Positions 34,860 through 47,389 of a DNA stretch of 64,000 nucleotides are shown in pieces. Below the pieces are notes generated by a model. That model had not been told where the DNA came from and searched no databases. It saw only the letters and a program-made list of their open reading frames with translations. Position 1 is the first letter of the stretch. The number at the start of each line of letters is the position of its first letter. Source of the stretch: Heterodontus francisci (lineage: Eukaryota); assembly GCF_036365525.1 (NCBI RefSeq), contig NC_090399.1, positions 52,298,430-52,362,429 of the forward strand. Direction: 5' to 3'. The position numbers and the translations under genes were made by a program.

Positions 34860-37463
34860 TGTTACGACCAGGTGAGAAAGGTATCCAGGGTTCCCTCTCA
34901 TCCTTCACCTGGTCTTACCGTAACAAGGTTTTATTTTAAACACCCTGGGCTGGATTTTACGTCGGGTGGACGGGAGCTGGCCACCGATGTAAAATTCGGT
35001 GGAGAACCCGCTTCTGCCTAGCCTGGGGATCTGTCCATATTTTACGGGTCCCCAGGCTTTAATTGTTCCAAGGTGGGAGTTCCACCTGCTTGAGGGAGGA
35101 AGTTCCACCTCATTGGGCTGCCAGTCAATCATTGGGCCGGCACCTCTTAGTCCCAGCAGCGCCACCGGGAGCTGTGGTCACTGCTGGGACTGCAGCTCAG
35201 CAAGGACATGGAGCCAGGAGTGCAGGTAAGTTTGGTTTGCCTCGCTGGGGGTGATCGGTTGGGCCCTGGTGAGACAAGGGTGGTCATTTGGGGGGAAAGA
35301 AGGGGGCATCTGGGGTTCTGGGGGTGATTGGGGAAGCAGGGGACGGCTCTCAATTGGGCACCCTGTGCCCGATTGCCAGGGACCCCCCGACCGGTGTACT
35401 GAGAGGCCGCCAAGTTTCACCGGGCGACCTTTCATGTTTCCAGGATGCCTGTTTGCCACGGGTAAAATCCCCATGGAGGCAGGCTAATGCCCTTAAGTGG
35501 TCGTTAAGTGGCCACTTAAGGATCTTGATTGGCCTGGAGCGGGTGGCCCATTTTTGGCTGCCCAACGTAAAATGGGGCAGAGGTGGAGGCAGAAGCAGGT
35601 CGGGATGACCTCCCGGAGCCTCTGGCTGCATTTTACGCCACCTTCCCCCACCTCCCCCCCCACCCTCCGCCACCATCCGGCTCACTGGGGTGGCATAAAA
35701 TTCTAGTCCCCGTCTTTTTAGCTCCCCCTTGGTGAATCCTTGTTCACTGCTTTCCAATTATAAGGTAAAGAAACCAGCACAAACAGGTTTTCTTAGGTTT
35801 AAAGAAGAAAGATTGTAATTTATTAAAATTAAACTTAAACTCTATTTTGGCTACGCCTATGGATACATGATGCGCCCATGCTAGCATGCATTGAACTTTG
35901 GGATTAGTTGAGCTAGTTTTAACAATTCTGTACCCAGCCCTGAATTACGCTCCTCAATATTGGCCATGCTTTCACTGGGGTGATTCTGTCGTCCCCCCCT
36001 AGTTAACCCAAGCCGCTTCAGCTCCCTCTCTTCTCATTCCTTCCAGAATATTCTTTCTCTGTCTCTCTCCTCTCTCTTTTTCTTCACGTTCCTTCTGGAA
36101 GGCTCTTTCTTTCCGCCTCTCCTACCTCTCTCTTTCGCTCTCCTCTAATTCAAGTTTCCTTTGTTCCAATTGTATCTTTGCTAGCAATACCCTGTCTGGG
36201 TCTACTTCTAACACTGCTTCTGCTTCTTCAGATTCAAGGGAAAAATGGTTGGCCATTAGCCTCAGGAGTTCAGACTTCATCACCTTGCCACGTACAGTGA
36301 TCCCACACTGCTCAGCCATTTTCCTCAATTCCACCATTGACAGTGCTTTGAACATCCCAAGTTACTTCACCCTGGCTTGGAGAGCTACTAGCTTCAGTTG
36401 CAGACATGTTAGTATTCAATCACACACAACCACAAGAAAGAAGCCTGTATTGAAATCTTGCTCATTTTTGCTTGGAAACAATTTGGCTTCCCACTTCCAA
36501 TTTCTCATTTGTATGTTGGTCAATTCTGGATGATAATACAAAAGTTTCTGTTACGGCCAGGTAAGAAAGGTATCTCGGATTTCCTCTCAGCCTTCACCTG
36601 GTCTTACCATAACAGGGTTTTATTTTAAACACCCATGTTTATAGCTCCCCCATGGTGAATCCTTGTTCACTGCTTTCCAATTATAAGGTAAAGAAACCAG
36701 CATAAACAGGTTTTCTTAGGTTTATAGAAGAATGGTTGAAATTTATTAAACTTAAACATAAACTCTAATTTGGTTAATGCCTACGGATACACGATGTGCC
36801 CATGCTAGCATGCACATGTGATAAACAATGCAAGTAGACACAGACAAAAACAGAAGAAATAAAGTGGAAAAGTTTGAGGCAATATCTGAGGACGGTTTTT
36901 GTTACGGTTCTTCTAGCTCACTGTAGAGTCCTTGATTGTAGGTGGATCTCGCTTTTCATTGGGCCCCAGTATTCTTCTTAAGCCTTGTTCACTGTAGGAG
37001 ACTTTTCTCGTTTGGGGTTTATGTGTCGTCAGTGGATTTGGAGTTCCGTGATAAAGAGATGGGAGCAGAGAGACAGGATGGTCTTCTTCGGTCCAGGAGC
37101 CTTCTGCAGTCTCTCAGTTCAAACTCTTTCTACAATTCAGAAAAAACAGGTTGCCAAGCAGGCTAGTCACGTGACCAGCTGGTCTGACCATGTCTGTTTG
37201 TTGATTTAACCATCCCAGCAGTTATCCTGAAATTTGAGCTCCCTCACCTTCAATGTCTGGTGCTCAAGGTCAATTGTGGGTTAAATTGGATAAGGGAAGT
37301 AACCCCTTTGACTGCAAAAGCACTGTCTGTTAACATGAAAATGTCTTTCTAGCCAAGGGCCTGTTTTTTTTAACAAGTCCTTTCTTCACTTCAGCAACAG
37401 TTTTCAAATCAATGTGACAACATTAATATGCCTCATTCTTAACAGGGGGAGATCTGCGTGACA
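34860..37463 (-). mobile_element. Internally deleted Gypsy-type LTR retrotransposon (5' LTR 36549-37463, gag N-terminus, partial 3' LTR)
   Basis: Direct repeats start TGTTACG at 34860 and 36549; TG...CA termini; near-TSD GTAC/GTAT; gag-like ORF 36122..36355 (ELRKMAEQCGI...KSEL, coiled coil). Confidence 0.8.
34947..35709. mobile_element. MITE / non-autonomous DNA transposon (Harbinger-like TIRs) inserted in the LTR
   Basis: GGGCTGGATTTTAC ... ATAAAATTCTAGTCC imperfect TIRs; absent from the sister LTR at 36549. Confidence 0.75.
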
Positions 37464-40400
37464 GTATCAACAACATATGCAAGAGAAGGAAAGTGGTTCT
37501 GCATAGTTAGCATGAGGATCTAAGCACCAAATTAAGACGAAGAACCTCAAAGGTAATAATCTCTGGATTATTATCTGAGCCACGTGCAAATTAGCACAGG
37601 GCAAATAAGATTAGAAGAATTAATGTGTGGCTCAAAGACTGCTGCGTTGAAGTGGGTTCTGGCTTGTGAGGCAGCAGCACCAGTACTGGGGAAAGTGGAG
37701 ATGTACTGTTGGGACAGTCTACACCTTAACCTAGCTGGGACCAGTGCTCTCGTGAGCACAAGACCAGGGAAGTAGAGAGGGTTATAAACTAAATAGTGGG
37801 GCAAGGGATCAAATTTGGGAAGATGTGGTAAATCAAAGAGTAGGGACAAGGCAAGAGAGAAAAGTATTCATATAGGAAATTATAAGCAGACTGTGACAGG
37901 AAGGGACAATGAGTACAAATATAAGAGTAAATCAGCAGATAAGGCTAGAATTTACAAAATAGTAAAAGGACAAAACTAAAGACTCTGTGTCTGAATGCAC
38001 ATAGCATTCAAAACAAAATGGATGATCTATTAGCGCCAATAGAAATATATAAGTACGACCTGACAGCCTTTGCCGAGACATGACTATAGGATGACATAGC
38101 ATGCGACCTGAATATTGAAGGATACATGACATATGGGAAGTACAGGAAGTTAGGAAGGTGGAGAGGGGGTGCTCTGTTAATTAATGATGGTATTAGCACA
38201 ATAGAGAGGGATGACCTAAGTTAGGAAACCAGGATGTAGAAGCGGTTTGGGTAGAAATGAAAAATGATAAAGACAAGAGGCCACTTGTGGGAATGGTGTA
38301 CAGACCTCCCTAACAGTAACCACATGGTAGGATGGAGTATAAAGGAAGAAATAATGGGTGCTTGTCAGAAAGATATGGTGATAGTCATGGGAGATTTTAA
38401 CCTACATATAGACTGGAAAAATCTGATGGGCATTTCATAGAATATTTTCAGGATAGTTTCTTAAAACAGCATGTTCTGGATCCAACCAGAAAGCAGACTG
38501 TTTTAGATTTGGTATTGTGCAATGAGATAGGATTAACTAATGACTTCATAGTGAAGGTGCCCTTAGGCAGCAGCGATCATAATATGATTGAATTTAACAT
38601 TCAGTTTGTGGGAGAGAAGTGTGAGTCCAAGATTTATAGTTAAAACTTAAATAAGGGCAATTATGAGGACAAGACAGCAGAGCTACCTAAAATGAACTGG
38701 CAAATAACATTAAGGGATAGGTCAATAGAGAGGCAATGGCAGACATTTAAGGGGATATTTCAGAATACACAGAATAGATGCATTCCAATGAGGAAAAAAA
38801 ATCCAAGGGGAGGACCCACCATTTTTGGTTAACTAGCAAAGTTAAAGATTGGATCAAACTTAAAGAAAAAGCAGATCACTGTGCAAATATGGGTGACAGG
38901 TCTGAAATTGGACAGAATATTAAAAACAGCAAAGAATGACAAAGATTCACGAGGAGGGAAAAATTAGGGTATGAGAGAAAGCTAGCCAGAAATATAAAAG
39001 CAGATAATAAGAGTTTCTATAGATATTTTTAAAAGAGTTAACAAAGTAAGCATTGGTCCTTTAGAAAGTGTGTCTGAGGAATTAATAAAGAGAGACATAA
39101 GGAGATGGCAGATGAATTGAACAGGTATTTTGCTTCACTATAGAGGATACAAGTAACATCCCAGAATTAGCTGTAAATCAGGAAACAGAAGGGAGGGAGG
39201 AACTCAAGAAAATTACAATCACCAGGGCAGTGGAAATGTTGGAGCTGTGGGCTGACAAGTCACCAGGTCTTGATGGACTTCATCCTAGGGTCTTAAAAGA
39301 AGTGGCTAGTGAGATAGTTGATGCTTCGTTTTAATTTTCCAAAATTCCATAGATTCGGAGAAGGATCCATTTGATTGGAAAATAGCGAATTTTTCAAAAA
39401 GAGAGGGAGACAGGAAAGCAGGAAACTACAGGCTAGTTAGCTTAACATCATAGGGAAAATGTTAGAAGCTATTATTAAAGATGTTATAGCATGACACTGA
39501 GAAAAATTCAAGGTAAACAGCAAGTAATTAGGAAAGCTAATAGAATATTATTGTTTATTGCGAGAGGAATTGAATACAAAAGTAGGGAGGTTATCCTTCA
39601 GTTATACAGAGCATTGGTGAGACCACATCTGGAGTACTGTGTATAGTATTTCCCACCTTCTTTAAGGAAGGATATAAATGTGCTGGAAGCAGTTCAGAGA
39701 CTAATACCTGGAATGGGCAGGTTGTCTTATGAGGAAAGGTTGGAAAAGCTAGGCTTGTACCTGCTGGAGTTTCGAAGAGTAAGAGGTGACTTGATTGAAA
39801 TATATAAAATCATGAGGGATCTTGACAGGATGTTGGAAGGATGTTTCCTCTTGCGGGAGAATTTAAAACTAAAGGTCACAGTTTAAAAATAAGGAGTCAC
39901 CCATTTAAGACGGGGATCAAGAGAAATTCTTTTCTCTCAGTGAGTCTTTGGAATTCTCTTCCTCAGAAGGCAGTGGAAGTAGAGTCTTTGAATATTTTTA
40001 AGGCCGAGGTAGATAGATTCTTGATAAGCAAGGGGGTGAAGGGCTATCGGGGTAGGCAAGAATGTGGAGTTGAGATAACAATCAGATCAGCCATGATCCT
40101 GTTGAACGGCAGAACAGGCTCAAGAGTCCGAGTGGCCTACTCCTGCTCCTAATTCATATGTTCATATGTATGTTTGTATGCATAAGTTGAAACAGTCGGG
40201 CAATCCCTTCTGGATTGCTGGATTTTTCTCCCAGCTCTTAACTGGACAAGATGTTTGGTGAGGCTTCTTTCTTTTTGGGAGTCTCTCTCCAGAGAGCTAC
40301 TTTTAAGGTCAAAATGGCTTTACATCTTTCCTGTATTGGGAGACATTGATCTCCCTCCCTGTGGTGACCCACAATGACCCAGGATGTGCCTACTTCAACC

Positions 40401-40989
40401 CTTCTTTGTTTCAGAAGAACCCATTCAATTCGGGAATATTTCAGGATGGATGTAATTGAAACCTCTCAACTTAGTTAGCCATCCTTTGTTCTAAACATAC
40501 AGTGTGGCAATGTTCTAATACACCTTTTACAGAATTATACTTTTCTTTTAAAAAAAAATAAGGACATTTTTTATAACTCTGCAGTTTGAGTTATTTATTA
40601 TTCTTGCACTTCCCTCAAGGGTGACATATGTTTTTGTAAATGTTAATGAAACACAAACTTTATTTCAGTCTCCATGGTCCAGTCATCTCCACTGTTGTCC
40701 CTTCCCTGTCTAATGGCCCTCAGCCTTGATGAGAATGTATGATCAGAGTGGAAGACCAGACAAACAAATGGTGCGAATGAGATGGAGGGATTATTGACTA
40801 TGGGAATGATTTGTATTGGGGGGGTGGGAAGGTGCAGTGGGAAGGTGCAGTGGGATCGGCATTGTTGTGTCATAAGGTTTCACACACTCGGGTTATCTGA
40901 CCGTGCCTGTGTGACTCTGTCACAGGCTTTCTCTAGCAGTAGGTGAGTATCTGCAGAGATCATGGCCACATCCTGCATCAGCAAAACAC

Positions 40990-41715
40990 TGATAAAGATG
41001 GAGAAAGTAAAATATGAGAAAACTGGGGAGAAATTTGGAAACAGTTTGTTAGAGCTTCTATAAGTATGTAAAAAGAGAGTTGCAAGAGTAAATGTGGGTC
41101 CCAATGAGGCTAAATCAGGTGGAAATGCAATGGGGAGTAAGGAAATGGCAGAGAAATCACTGTAGAAGTCACAAAAAGCATCCCAAAAATTGTGGGGAAT
41201 GAGAGAGGGTCTCAAAGTAATTAATATCAGTGGAGGGAATATGTTCGAGAAACGAAAGAAACTTGGGAAAGTGTGAGGTCATTCCCTTTGGTAGTAAGAA
41301 TAGAAAAGTGGAATTTTTTTTGTAAAAGCTGAGGAACATTTAAATGTTGATATTCAGAGAGACTTGGGTGTACTCATAAAAGGAACACAGCAAGTTAGCA
41401 TGCAGGTACATCAAGCAATTAGGAAGACAAATGACATGTTGGCTTTTATTGCAAGAATAAAGAAGTATTTCTACAATTGTACTGAGTTTTGGTGAGATCA
41501 CATCTGCACAGTTTTGGTCTCCATATCTAAGGAAGGATATATTTGCCTTGGAGGCAGTACAGCAAAGTTTCATTGGATTAGTCCCTGGGATGAAAGGGTT
41601 GTCCTATGATGAGAGGCTGAGTAAATTGGCTCTATACCCTCTGGAGCTTAGAAGAATGAGAAGTGATCTCATTGAAATCTAAATTTAAGAGGTTTGACAG
41701 GGTAGATGCTGAGAG
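40990..41715 (+). mobile_element. Decayed CR1 ORF2 fragments
   Basis: Remnants of VNVGP, QRDLGVL and ERLSKL motifs. Confidence 0.75.
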
Positions 41716-41959
41716 TTGTATTACGGCCACATGGTGAGAGATGTGGGTGGTTCCCACTGTTTAACTGCTTCCTGACCGCAGCAAGTGTTTTTCAGTTATT
41801 AGGGTTTAACTTCTTTGTGTTTTATTTGACAAATAAACAGGTTTTCTTGTCGGTTTAAAACAGAAGGTCACTTATTTACTGAGCAACACGTCTTATCCCG
41901 AAACTATAACAACTGCATCCACTCGCACACACAGACAAGAGACAAATAGAGAGCGCCCT

Positions 41960-43020
41960 CAACCTGCTCCTTCTGCAAGGATGCAGAGCAGTCATCACCT
42001 TCCTCCTCCTGTAACCCCAGTCCCGAGCACGACCATTCTGGACAGACTTGCTGGGATACACTGATGGGAGATCCCCAGATATGTCCACGCACTGGAATCA
42101 CATCTTCAGCAACCCAATGGTTTGCTCTATGTCCAACTCTTGTGCTCATGTGGCTCTGTTTGTACCTTCCCTGTGCATCAGTGGTAGGTCGGGCCCCTCA
42201 CAGGTGTCATCAGCCACGTGCTTAGAGAGTAACACTTGCCTCCAAGGAACCACCTGCTCATTCTGCATGGAGGGCCAAAGATCTGTGGGACATGTGAATG
42301 TTGCAGAATGAAGGAATCATGGCAGCTTCCAGGATATCCTGTACAGACATGCATGTAAACATTCCGCTGGTCACATCCCAGCTGAACATTGACGGATGGG
42401 CTTGATAAATACTCCAGACTGATCTGAGAGCACAGTGATTGCTTCATGTGAGCAGTCAATGATCCCTGTACCTGTGAGAACTCAGCCACTGTCACAAAGG
42501 AGAGAGCTCTCTGTGTCTGACTGACCTCATCAGTAGCAAAGTGAACACAAGTGGAGGTCTTGGCAGCAGGGCCTCAGTCACCTGGGAGATACAGTGGTGC
42601 ACAGGTTATGAAATCCTGCAGATGTCTCCAGCAGATCCCTGGAAGGAGCGAGAGGTGAAGAAATTCAGGACTGGAGGTGACCCGGACAGACACGGGCAGT
42701 GCATGTCTGCCTGGTCCTCTTGCTTGTTCCAGGAGGCTGTAGGTGTCAGCAGTGGCCTGCCATGAAGGTCTGAACCTCCCGAGGCACTGCTGTTCAGTCA
42801 TATTGGGGAAATTGATCCTCTGCCTGTAAACCCTGTGTAGGGAACATCACCTCGTTTGAGTTGGATCTCTGTGTCCATCCCCTCTCTCCTGTGAAGCAGC
42901 ATGTGGCTGAGAAGAAGGCGGCTGGTATTGTTCCTGGTGCTACCCGTATTGCTGGTGCTGCTCCTCTTGCCCCGAGGTAGAGCTGCAGAAGCTTCCCCCA
43001 TGCTGCAGTGAAAACGGATG
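41960..43020 (-). mobile_element. PIF/Harbinger DDE transposase pseudogene
   Basis: SVNVQLGCD...YPGSCHDSFIL...WFLGGKCY...WLMTP (42178..42495); ALPVSVRVT (42574..42801). Confidence 0.9.
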
Positions 43021-43569
43021 GCAGGGAAGATTAGATCGAGGTGAGTAAAGGTCAAGATAGCAGAAATAAAATCTCCAAAGTCTTAGAAATCACCTCCAAA
43101 GCACTGAAAACACAATCTCAGAGCACATCCTTCGCGCTGAAGCCTTTCACTTAGGCAAGGAAGCAGCTGTGCTATTTCAGTCTTCAGATGTTTTCCAGCC
43201 TGTCAATTTTACAGCCCCACTGTGCTTTCACCTTGTCGACCCTGGTGCATTTCCAGAAGCTCAGGAAACCCGTGCACTGGCAGTTAAAGCCAGAATGCTG
43301 GGTTATATGTGCTTTCAATTGCCTGTTTATATGATTAAGTATCAGACCTGCCATCCCCACGGGGGTTTCCCATGTACCTGCAAACTCACACTTGTTAAAT
43401 GTGGAAGTGAGTGGGATCATACTGCGTTTCAAACACACCGACATCTTTTGGTGTTTTAAGCTCCTGCATGCATCTGCAACCTCAACCCCCTCAACACCCC
43501 AAGTGCAGGTTAAAATTGTCCTGAATGTGTTTGTGTGCATGGGACAATGTGAGAGTGTCTGTAAGACAA

Positions 43570-43845
43570 GTATGATCTTTGTCGTTTAACATAATCAAGA
43601 AAAGTGCCTGGAACAACATAAAGAGCTCTACATGGCCTTCATTGATCTGATACCATCGGCCATGAAACGAATTGGAAAATCCTCCAGAGACTAGGATGTC
43701 CAGCAAAATATGTAACTATTCTGTACTATACTGTATGACATCACCCGTCCTTTGCAATGAATTGGAGACCGAGCCCTCTTGTTCCGAACAAGTGTCAAGA
43801 AAGGCTGTGTGATTGTGCCCACTCCCTTCACTATTTACCCCATCC
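43570..43845 (+). mobile_element. Old RTE RT fragment
   Basis: QEKCLEQHKELYMAFIDL, LGCP and VKKGCVI remnants, homologous to the RTE at 14578-16092. Confidence 0.75.
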
Positions 43846-43959
43846 TGGTCACTCAGTGCCTTGATGGCCACATGTCTGCGAATGGCTGCAATCGATGATT
43901 CCCTGCACATGGGGGCATATGATGGAGACAAAAATCACTGCCCTTTGTTCTTCTGAGGT

Positions 43960-44500
43960 CACTATATGATGAAATGAATGTATTGTCCAGCTCTGGCAAA
44001 GAGTGGATAAGTGACCAATGAGATGCAATGGTGTGCAGCCATTTGTGAGATGCCATTAAGGTCTACAGTTGATCCTTGGAAGGAGAAAGAGGTGAAGGAG
44101 TTCAAGGCCACAGTGACTTGCATGGCTACTACCAAGGCATGGAGAGCTCTGCTTTGAGGTCTTTGACGATGAGGGCAAAGATGTCTGTGACCATCTGACT
44201 GGAGAGTCGCAGTCTCCTGCAGCACTGGGTTTCGGTCATCTCCAGGTTGCTCTGTTTTTAGCAGTAGATCCTGTGTTGAGGGCCTGGCCTCCATTGCTTT
44301 CTTGCCCCTCTTTCCTCTTTGCCCTCCTGATACCTGGGTTTCTGTCTTTCCTGTGGCGGTTGTTGTTCCTCATTGCCACTTGGTCCACAATCTGACAGTC
44401 ATGGCCCTATTGCCAGCTGCAGCCTTGGTTTTTGACAGCTGGCTGCCCAATTATCTTTGGCAGCCTTGCCCCCTGTTCTTCACTGTCAGGGAGTGGAGAG
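43960..44500 (-). mobile_element. Second Harbinger transposase N-terminal fragment
   Basis: ALVVAMQVTVALN...FQGSTVDLNGISQMAAHHCI in ORF 43962..44294. Confidence 0.8.
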
Positions 44501-44689
44501 GAACTAGACCTGTGTGGGAGAACCTGACATTGGGAGTGGATAAATAGAGAGAGAGGCTCCAGGCCTTCACATCACTTACCTTCACGCAGCAGAGAGGAGC
44601 TGGACCTGCAAGGGAGCACCTAAATAGTGGGAGCAGATAAATACAGCACGAGGCTCGGGGCCTTCACTTCAGGGGGCAGAAGCTACCGG

Positions 44690-47065
44690 CTGGGACCGGA
44701 ATATTCAAGGACACATGATATTTCCGAAGGACAGGAAACTAGGAAAAGATGGAGGGGTAACCCTGTTAATGAAGGATGACATTAGTACAATAGAGAGAGG
44801 TGACCTTAGTTCTAAAAGTCAAGATTTAGAATCAGTTTGCCGAGAGATAAGAAATAATAAAGATAGGAAGTCACTTTTGGGAGCATTTTATAGACCCCCT
44901 AATAACCACACTGTAGGACAGGGTGTACAGGAAGAAATAATTGGGGGAATTGTGAGAAAGGTACAGCGATAATCATGGGTGATTTTAATCGACAGATATA
45001 TTAGATGAATCAGATTGGTAGAGGTAGCCTGGAAGATGGGTTCATGGAGTGTTTTCAGGACAGTTTCTTAGAGTAGCACATTCTCAATTCAACCAGAGAG
45101 TAGGCGACTCTAGATCTGATAATGTGTAGCGAGAGCAGATTCATTCATGATCTCATAGTAAAGGTCCCCCTAGATAGCAGTGATGACAAGATGATTGAAT
45201 TTCACATTCAGTTTGAGGGTGAGAAGAGTGGATCGAAGACTAGTGTTTTAAACATAAATAATGGTAATTCTGAGAGTTTGAAGACAGAGCTGGCTAAAGT
45301 AAACTGGGAAATTAGATTCTGGGATAGGTCAGTAGAGATACAGTGGCAGACATTTAAGGATATATTTATAACACTCAGCAAAGATACATTCCAGTGAGAA
45401 AGACAGACTCTCGGGGAAGGACACACCATCCATGGCTAACGAAGGAAGTTAAAGATAGTATCAAATTGAAAGAAAAAGTGAACAATTGAGTGAAGAGTAG
45501 TGGCAGGTCAGAAGATTGGACAGAATATAAAAAACAGCAAAGAATGACTAATATTATAATAAGGAGAGAAATTAGAGTACAAGAGAAATCAACATAGAAA
45601 TGTAACAATGTAAAAAATAGAGTTCGTACAGTATTTAAAACAAGAAAAGAATAAGTAAAGTGAGTGTTGGTCCTCTCAAGAGTGAGTCTGGGGAGTTAAT
45701 AATGCAAAATAAAGAAATGGCAGAGGAATTAAACAGATCTTTTACATCTGTTTTCACTGTGGAGGATACAAATAACATCTCAGAAATAATTGTGATTCAA
45801 GAGTTGAAAGGGAGGGAGGAACCTAAAATAATTACCATCACCAGGGAAAGGTACTGAGAAGATTATTGGAACTGAAAGCAGACAAGTCCCCAGGTCCTGA
45901 TGGACTTCATCCTATGGTCTTCAAAGAAGTGGCTGCTAAGAAAGTTTTAATTGGTTTTAATTTTTCAAAATTAAAGAGGGAATAGGCATAAATGGGCCAT
46001 TTTCAGGTTGGTAAGCTGTAACTAGTGGAGTGCCAGGGGATCAGCGCTGGGGCCTCAACTATTTACCATCTATATCAATGACGTTTTTTCATTTGTTTAT
46101 GGGATGCTGGCTAGGCCAGCATTTACAGCCCACCCCTAATTGCCCTCTGCTGTCTTCTTGAACAGCTGCAGTCCTTGGATGTAGGGCCAGAATGTATGGT
46201 TACTAAATTTGCTGATGACACAAAGATAGGCACAAGAGTAAGTAGTGAAGAGCACATAAAGAGTCTGCAAAGGGGTATAGATAGGCTAAGTGAGTGGGCA
46301 AATATTTGGCAGATGGAGTATAATGTGGCAAGTGTGAACTTGTCCACTTTGGCTGGAAAATTAGAAAAACAACTTATTATTTAAATGGAGAGAGTATGCA
46401 GAACTCCGAGATGCAGAGAGATCTGGGTGTCCTCGTATCAATCTAATCTTTCTCTTCCTATCTTGACCACATCTCCATGGTGCTATTCCAGCAACTTGAG
46501 CAGTGATGGTGACAGATCACTGCAAACTTTCCTCAGTGTCTCGAGATGCTCATGGCCGATGAACTCTGGGTGTTGGAGTCTGTGAGGGCCCTGCTACTGA
46601 CATCTCCTCCTGTCCTTGTGTAGGGGTCATATGGGGCAGCTGAAGTGGAGGCATCATGTCAGATGTTGGCTGAGGGGGTGGCAATGGGCAGGACATGCAG
46701 ATGTTGAAGTTTTCACGATATTAAGGGTATCAGATAGGGTAGATAGAGTGAAACTATTTCCACTGGTTGGGGAGTGTAGCACTCAGAGGCTTGGTTAAAA
46801 AGTAGAGCCAGAGTTTTCAGGAATGAAATTAGGAACAGTTCTTACACTCAAAAGGTGATAGAAGTTTGGAACTCTCCTCCATAGTTGGCAATTGATGTGA
46901 AATTATTAATTTGAAAACTCTGATCAAAAGATTTTTATTGGCCAAAGATACAAAGGGACATGGGGGCAATGGCAGGAATATAGAGCTCGGTCACAGATCA
47001 GCATTGATCCCATTGAATGCTAAACAGGCACGAAGGGATAAATTGTCTGCTCCTGTTCCCAGATT
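44690..47065 (+). mobile_element. Decayed CR1 ORF2 pieces, with a short minus-strand 3' tail of the tRNA-headed LINE family at ~46085-46175
   Basis: GGGV, FYRPPN, SPGPDG and KFADDTK remnants; the insert matches the reverse complement of 18805-18920. Confidence 0.8.
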
Positions 47066-47389
47066 CTGGAAAAGGTCTTCCCTTGCCTTTTCCATTCCAC
47101 TCTCTTCCCTCCTCCCTCACCTGGGAGAATAGTGTCATGTTGTGGTGTTTTGAAATTGGAATTGCATTGTGCATTGTGTACTGGAGAGGCTACTGTAGAA
47201 CACACATGCTAGCAAAATGAAACTAAAAACAGACGGAATAAATGACAAGCCTTTGTGTTTAGTGCTCTGCTGTATCTGTCTCTGTCTTATATCTTATACT
47301 AAACTCGGCTAGATCTCCGTCCAGTCACAAGGACATCACAGATGGGAGATCAGTTCCTCCTACAAAAGCAAAACACTGTGGATGCTGGA

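Larger units (their letters stand above)
34680..40185 (+). mobile_element. CR1 LINE (ORF1 esterase, EN, partial RT, 3' tail) interrupted by an LTR element at 34860-37463
   Basis: VLVVGDSIV at ~34690; VVVHVGT is split across the insertion; EN/RT remnants 37980-40100; CATATGTT-type tail ~40155-40180. Confidence 0.88.
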
